A stretch of 64,000 nt of DNA from an uncultured Gemmatimonadaceae bacterium (GTDB lineage Bacteria; Gemmatimonadota; Gemmatimonadetes; Gemmatimonadales; Gemmatimonadaceae). How positions within the stretch are numbered: position 1 is the first letter of the stretch; every line of letters starts with the position of its first letter. Of the stretch, positions 59,458 through 64,000 are shown one piece after another. A model generated the notes under the pieces. That model worked only from the letters and a program-made list of their open reading frames with translations. It ran no database searches and had not been told where the DNA came from. Where the stretch lies: contig CAWBOC010000002.1 in assembly GCA_963790305.1 (NCBI GenBank), forward strand, positions 32,001-96,000. The letters run 5' to 3'. The position numbers and the translations under genes are program-made.

Positions 59458-60896
59458 AATGGCCCGCGCGAGCAGCAGTGCTCGTGGCGTTCTCGACACC
59501 CGCCGTCTCACTCGCTGCCCAAAACAGCAGGCTGTCGGCCGCCGACTCGGCACTCATTGGGCGCATCCTTCTCGCCGAGGATCGGCGCGATTCCACGGAT
59601 GGCGCGCTCGCGGAGGGATCGCGGCACGCGGATGGACGCGTGCGCCTCCTCGCACGCCGCGCTGAGGGCCGCATCCGGGATCCGCGATTCAGCGCGCGCG
59701 ATTCCCTCGCGCCGGGTCGCGCGCCCATGGTATGGCCCGAGCCCGCGTGGCGGCTGCGATATCGCGCCGTGACCGCTCGGCGTGGCGAGTGTGCGGTTCT
59801 CCGCTCGGCGCTTGCCGACAGCGCCTGGCCCGTTAGGCTTCACGCCGTCGGTCTGATCGGTCCGCAGTGCACGACGGACGACTCGCTTGCCTTGGTACTG
59901 CGCCAATGGGTCGACGCGCTCCCTGCCGCCCCCGCTCGGCGGTCAACGGGGGGAGTATCGTGGCACCCAGCGGCACACGCCATCGTTGCCCTCGCACGCG
60001 TGCGTCCGAACGAAGCGCGACCGCGCGTTCGCCGGCTCGCGAGGCATCGGCAGTGGCACGTGCGCAGCTACGCCGCGCGCGCGGCCGCGACGCTGTCGGA
60101 CACGCTCACCCTGCGAGCCCTCGCTCGCGACACGAGCGACAACGTAAAGGAAGTCGCTATTGAATCGTTGGCAAAGCTCACGGGTCACGTCGACGACGAG
60201 GCCTTCCTCGCCGCGCTGCGGGCCAATGGTGCGCAGGCGGTGCGAGCTGCCGCACTCGCGCTCAAGGGCTCTTCGCGCGCGGACGTCGCCGCGGCCGCCA
60301 ACGCTACGTTCGAGCGGTGGGTCGCTCGTGCCAACGCTTCCGAGCGGGACGTGCGCATCGCCCTGCTCGAGGCGGCTGGGCGTCCGGCGAGCGACGACCG
60401 CCCGCCTCCCGTTCGCGTCGAGCTTCCAGCACAGGCGGTCGCCCTCGCCCTCGGCGCCAATGTACGGTTGCGCGTGACGATGGCGCCGTCGAGCGGTGGC
60501 GGGTCGTTCCTGGTGCGACTGCGTGGCGACGTCGCGCCGATGATGGCCGCACGGATTCTCGCCCTGGCACGGGCACGGTACTACGACGGGCTCAGCTGGC
60601 ATCGCGTGGAGCACGATTTCGTGATTCAGGGAGGAAGTCCCGACGCCAACGAGTACGTGGGGTTGGCGCAGTATCTTCGCGACGAGCTTGGCACGGTGCC
60701 TCACGTGCGAGGCACCGTCGGAATGAGCACGCGCGGGCACGACACCGGGGATGCGCAGTGGTTCGTCAACCTGAAGGACAACCTGCGCCTCAACGCCGAC
60801 TACACGGTGTTTGCGGAGGTCGTCGACGGCATCGACGTCGTCGATGGCATTCTCGAGGGCGACGTGATGGCGAAGGTGACCGTAGCGAGACCGTGA
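59454..60896 (+). CDS. HEAT-repeat protein fused to a cyclophilin-type peptidyl-prolyl isomerase
   Basis: Signal peptide; LADSAWPVRLHA, WHVRSYAA, DNVKEVA repeats; YYDGLSWHRVEHDFVIQGG, GTVGMS, QWFVNL, YTVFAEVVDG. Confidence 0.85.
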   Translation: MKWPARAAVLVAFSTPAVSLAAQNSRLSAADSALIGRILLAEDRRDSTDGALAEGSRHADGRVRLLARRAEGRIRDPRFSARDSLAPGRAPMVWPEPAWRLRYRAVTARRGECAVLRSALADSAWPVRLHAVGLIGPQCTTDDSLALVLRQWVDALPAAPARRSTGGVSWHPAAHAIVALARVRPNEARPRVRRLARHRQWHVRSYAARAAATLSDTLTLRALARDTSDNVKEVAIESLAKLTGHVDDEAFLAALRANGAQAVRAAALALKGSSRADVAAAANATFERWVARANASERDVRIALLEAAGRPASDDRPPPVRVELPAQAVALALGANVRLRVTMAPSSGGGSFLVRLRGDVAPMMAARILALARARYYDGLSWHRVEHDFVIQGGSPDANEYVGLAQYLRDELGTVPHVRGTVGMSTRGHDTGDAQWFVNLKDNLRLNADYTVFAEVVDGIDVVDGILEGDVMAKVTVARP

Positions 60897-61432
60897 GCAG
60901 CAGCGTTGCCATTCTAGCGATTGTGGGCGCGTCTGGCGTCGGGAAGACGACGGTGCTCCACCTGCTGACAGCGCGTCGCCTTCCCGGCGTCGGGTGCTAT
61001 CACTTCGACAGTATCGGCGTGCCGTCTCCGGAGGCAATGAGCCGCGAATTCGGCGGTCCCGAGAACTGGCAGGCAGCGATGACCGACCGATGGATCGAGC
61101 GACTCGCGGCGAACGACGATGGCGTTGACGTCGCCGTTCTCGAAGGGCAGACTCGACCTTCATTCCTCGCGGCCGCGTTCACTCGCTGCGGCGTCGAACG
61201 CGGGGACATTGTGCTGCTCGATTGCTCACCCGACGAGCGGCATGTGCGGTTGCACGGTCCGCGGTCCCAGCCGGAGCTGGCAACGCCTCGGATGGATTCA
61301 TGGGCGGCGTACCTTCGCGGGCAGGCGGATGCGCTTGGCATTGCCGTCTACGATACCACCAGCACGGAGCCGGCAACGGTCGCGGATGCTCTCGCGAAAC
61401 ACGTCGAGACGCTGCGTCGCGTCGGGCGCTAA
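60893..61432 (+). CDS. Small P-loop NTPase (nucleotide/shikimate-kinase-like fold)
   Basis: IVGASGVGKTT Walker A; VLEGQTRP; GTG overlaps the upstream stop. Confidence 0.8.
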   Translation: MSSSVAILAIVGASGVGKTTVLHLLTARRLPGVGCYHFDSIGVPSPEAMSREFGGPENWQAAMTDRWIERLAANDDGVDVAVLEGQTRPSFLAAAFTRCGVERGDIVLLDCSPDERHVRLHGPRSQPELATPRMDSWAAYLRGQADALGIAVYDTTSTEPATVADALAKHVETLRRVGR

Positions 61433-61483
61433 CGCCTTCGACTCTCTCCACTCGGTATGAACCCTCATTATGGAGCTCTCGAT

Positions 61484-62140
61484 ATGTCGGAAGGTCTCAG
61501 GCGCAAACTGACCGTCGTGTCCCTGTGCGTGATCGCGATCGCCTGCTCGAAGGACTCGTCGCCGCCGCGATCCGATTCCGCCGCTCCTGCACCGTCGGAC
61601 GCGGCGCCCGCAGCGCCCGATTCGTTCCGAGTGGCTTTCGAGACGACGCGCGGCAACTTCGTCGTCGACGTCATCCGCGCATGGTCCCCTCGAGGAGCCG
61701 ACCGTTTCCATCAGCTCGTCGACGCCGGATACTTCACGGACGTTGCCTTCATCCGCGTTCTGCCGGGATTCGTCGCGCAGTTCGGAATGCATGGCGATCC
61801 GAACGTGAATCGCCGCTGGGAACGCCCAATCGCCGACGACCCGGTCGTCCAGAGCAACAAGCGAGGGACGATCGTCTTCGCCACCAGCGGTCCGAACACG
61901 CGTGGCAATCAGTTCTTCATCAACTTCTCCGACAACGCGAGGCTCGACGGGATGGGGTTCTCTCCATTCGGCCGCGTGGTGGAAGGCATGAGCGTCGTCG
62001 ACTCGATCTACGCCGGTTATGGTGAGACGCCCGACCAGTCCCGCGTTGGCGCGGAGGGCAACGCATACCTCAAGCGAGAATTCCCCCGGCTCGACTACAT
62101 CGAGTCGGCGAGAATCGTCAGTCCCGCACTGAACCCTTGA
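61484..62140 (+). CDS. Cyclophilin-type peptidyl-prolyl cis-trans isomerase, lipoprotein
   Basis: Lipobox AIAC; FETTRGNF, WSPRGADRF, RVLPGFVAQFG, NKRGTIVFA, QFFIN, FSPFGRVVEGM. Confidence 0.92.
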   Translation: MSEGLRRKLTVVSLCVIAIACSKDSSPPRSDSAAPAPSDAAPAAPDSFRVAFETTRGNFVVDVIRAWSPRGADRFHQLVDAGYFTDVAFIRVLPGFVAQFGMHGDPNVNRRWERPIADDPVVQSNKRGTIVFATSGPNTRGNQFFINFSDNARLDGMGFSPFGRVVEGMSVVDSIYAGYGETPDQSRVGAEGNAYLKREFPRLDYIESARIVSPALNP

Positions 62141-62162
62141 GTGCCGGGGCACGTAGGGTTCT

Positions 62163-62504
62163 ATGCAATCACCAGGACTTCTCATGGACCGACGCTCCAA
62201 GCTCTGGTTGGCGTTCGCTTCGCTCTTCAACCTCATTAACGCGGCCGGCGGGGGGTACGCCGTCGCGATGGGCGAGGAGCTCCATGGCGCGGTCCACGCC
62301 GGTCTGTTGATCGTCGGTTCCTTCTGGGCCTGGCGGCTCGCCACGCGCGCCGGGAAGCAGGATGCGCTGAGCCTGCCAAGTGGAGCGGCCCTGGAGCAGC
62401 TGCAGCAGTCGGTGGATGCGATCGCGCTCGAGGTCGAGCGTATCAGCGAGGCGCAGCGGTTTAGCGTGAAACTCCAGCAGCAGCGAGTCGAGCCGGACCG
62501 CTGA
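62163..62504 (+). CDS. Hypothetical two-TM membrane protein with C-terminal coiled coil
   Basis: Two hydrophobic helices, then LEQLQQSVDAIALEVERISEAQRF; start may be ATG 62184. Confidence 0.7.
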   Translation: MQSPGLLMDRRSKLWLAFASLFNLINAAGGGYAVAMGEELHGAVHAGLLIVGSFWAWRLATRAGKQDALSLPSGAALEQLQQSVDAIALEVERISEAQRFSVKLQQQRVEPDR

Positions 62505-62537
62505 ATCGTTGACGAGCGGCGTTTTAGAGGCGACATC

Positions 62538-64000
62538 ATGCGCATGCCCATCGTGTGCCGCACTCTCGCGCCGGTACTGAGCCTCGCCCTGTTCGGGGAC
62601 GTTCTCGGCGCCCAGAGTCCCGTCGGGATGTTCGAGGGGCAAACCGACATTGGCCGCCCACGGCGCTCGGGATCCGTGTCATACGACGCGCAGCGCCAGT
62701 CATATCTGATTGCCGGCTCGGGTCGGAACATGTGGGACGACCGCGACGAGTTCCGGTTCGCGTGGAAGCGGATGACGGGCAACTTCATCCTCTCCACCCG
62801 GGCGCGTTTCATCGGTGCCGGAGTCGAGGAGCATCGGAAGATCGGCTGGACCATCCGTCCGTCGCTCGCAACCAACAGCGCGCACGTGAGCGCGGCGCTG
62901 CACGGCGACGGGCTGATGTCGCTCCAGTTCCGTCGAATCACCGGTGGGTTGACGGAGGAGTCCAGGTCACCCAGGAGCGTTCCGGATTCGGACGCGGTGA
63001 TCCAGCTCGAGCGGCGCGACGGCGTTTATCTCATGTCGGTGGCGCGTTTCGGCGACACGCTGGTCACGCAGGAGCTCGCCGGCGTGTCGCTTCCCGATAC
63101 GGTGTACGTCGGCCTGTTCGTGTGCGCGCACAACGACACCGTGGTGGAGCGGGCCGCGTTCAGCAACGTGCGCATCACCACGCCGGCCAAGCGGGGGTTC
63201 GTCCCGTATCGCGAGTACATCGGCAGCAACCTGGAAATCCTCGATGTCGCGACTGGCAATGCGACGATCGTGCATCGATACCGCGGATCATTTCAGGCGC
63301 CGAACTGGACTGCCGATGGCAAGGCGCTGATCTACGCGCAGGAGGGGCGCCTCCACCGCTTTGACCTCGAGACACGGGCGTCGACGGTGATCAACACGGG
63401 GTTCGCGACGCGCAACAACAACGATCACGTCCTTTCGTTCGACGGCCGGATGATGGGCATCAGTCATCACGCCGTCGAGGACAGTGGTGCGTCGATCATC
63501 TACACGCTGGCGGCGACCGGGGGCACCCCAACGCGTGTAACCACCAAGGGTCCATCGTACCTGCATGGCTGGTCCCCCGATGGTCGCTGGCTGGTCTACA
63601 CCGGCATTCGAGGCGACGAAGCAGACGTCTACAAGATTCCCGTCACCGGTGGCGACGAGGTGCGCCTAACGGCTGCACCCGGACTGGACGATGGAGCGGA
63701 GTTCTCCCCCGACGGTGCGTACATCTACTTCAACTCGTCGCGCAGCGGCCGGATGCAGATCTGGCGGATGCGCCCCGACGGCAGCGCACAGGAACAGGTC
63801 ACGGACGACGGCTTCAACAACTGGTTCCCGCACATCTCGCCGGACGGTAAGATGGATCGCGTTCCTCTCCTATCCGGCGTCCGTCGCTGCGGACGATCAT
63901 CCGTTCTACCAGCGTGTGCTGCTCCGGTTGATGCCCGTCGGTGGCGGCCCGTCGCGAGTCATCGCCTATGTGTATGGTGGCCAGGGAACGATCAACGTAC
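62538..64000 (+). CDS. TolB-like beta-propeller protein (PD40 repeats), runs off the window end; +1 frameshift near 63852
   Basis: Absent from the ORF track because it has no stop in the window; GAGG RBS; reads MRMPIVCRTL..GRNMWDDRDEFRFAWK..QAPNWTADGK..NNDHVLSFDG..LHGWSPDG..EFSPDG..WFPHISPDGK, then WIAFLSY..GGQGTINV in the +1 frame. Confidence 0.85.
   Translation, partial: MRMPIVCRTLAPVLSLALFGDVLGAQSPVGMFEGQTDIGRPRRSGSVSYDAQRQSYLIAGSGRNMWDDRDEFRFAWKRMTGNFILSTRARFIGAGVEEHRKIGWTIRPSLATNSAHVSAALHGDGLMSLQFRRITGGLTEESRSPRSVPDSDAVIQLERRDGVYLMSVARFGDTLVTQELAGVSLPDTVYVGLFVCAHNDTVVERAAFSNVRITTPAKRGFVPYREYIGSNLEILDVATGNATIVHRYRGSFQAPNWTADGKALIYAQEGRLHRFDLETRASTVINTGFATRNNNDHVLSFDGRMMGISHHAVEDSGASIIYTLAATGGTPTRVTTKGPSYLHGWSPDGRWLVYTGIRGDEADVYKIPVTGGDEVRLTAAPGLDDGAEFSPDGAYIYFNSSRSGRMQIWRMRPDGSAQEQVTDDGFNNWFPHISPDGKMDRVPLLSGVRRCGRSSVLPACAAPVDARRWRPVASHRLCVWWPGNDQR

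Overview
High-GC (roughly two-thirds G+C by eye), gene-dense bacterial chromosomal window. The mix of SusC/SusD, Oar-type TonB receptors, DUF4097/DUF5916 proteins, an ADOP-type permease remnant and a Hanks-type kinase suggests Gemmatimonadota or a similar soil lineage (inference). It holds about 50 CDS. The main block is a ~20 kb LacI-controlled sugar locus (9964-29642), probably for beta-1,2-glucan: two TonB receptors, a GH144-like glucanase, GH1, a CUT1 ABC importer and an unclassified discoidin/six-hairpin enzyme. Other content: an ECF sigma/anti-sigma operon, two two-component systems, an FHA/Ser-Thr kinase pair, dinB, a GMC/ThDP operon, a SusC/SusD pair and a decayed island with attC-like sites (53.4-57.2 kb). 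I found no rRNA, tRNA, CRISPR array or intact transposase/integrase. The most unusual signals are non-coding: (1) two copies of a ~205 bp rod-like hairpin element with compensatory changes between copies, each preceded by CATTA; (2) several palindromes built from different 7-10 nt tandem units that abut or contain start/stop codons; (3) an apparently over-represented CCTAAC/GTTAGG hexamer (about 29 copies by hand count) that often coincides with rare Leu codons. Several genes carry single-base frameshifts that may be assembly errors. All family assignments come from motif recognition, not database searches.
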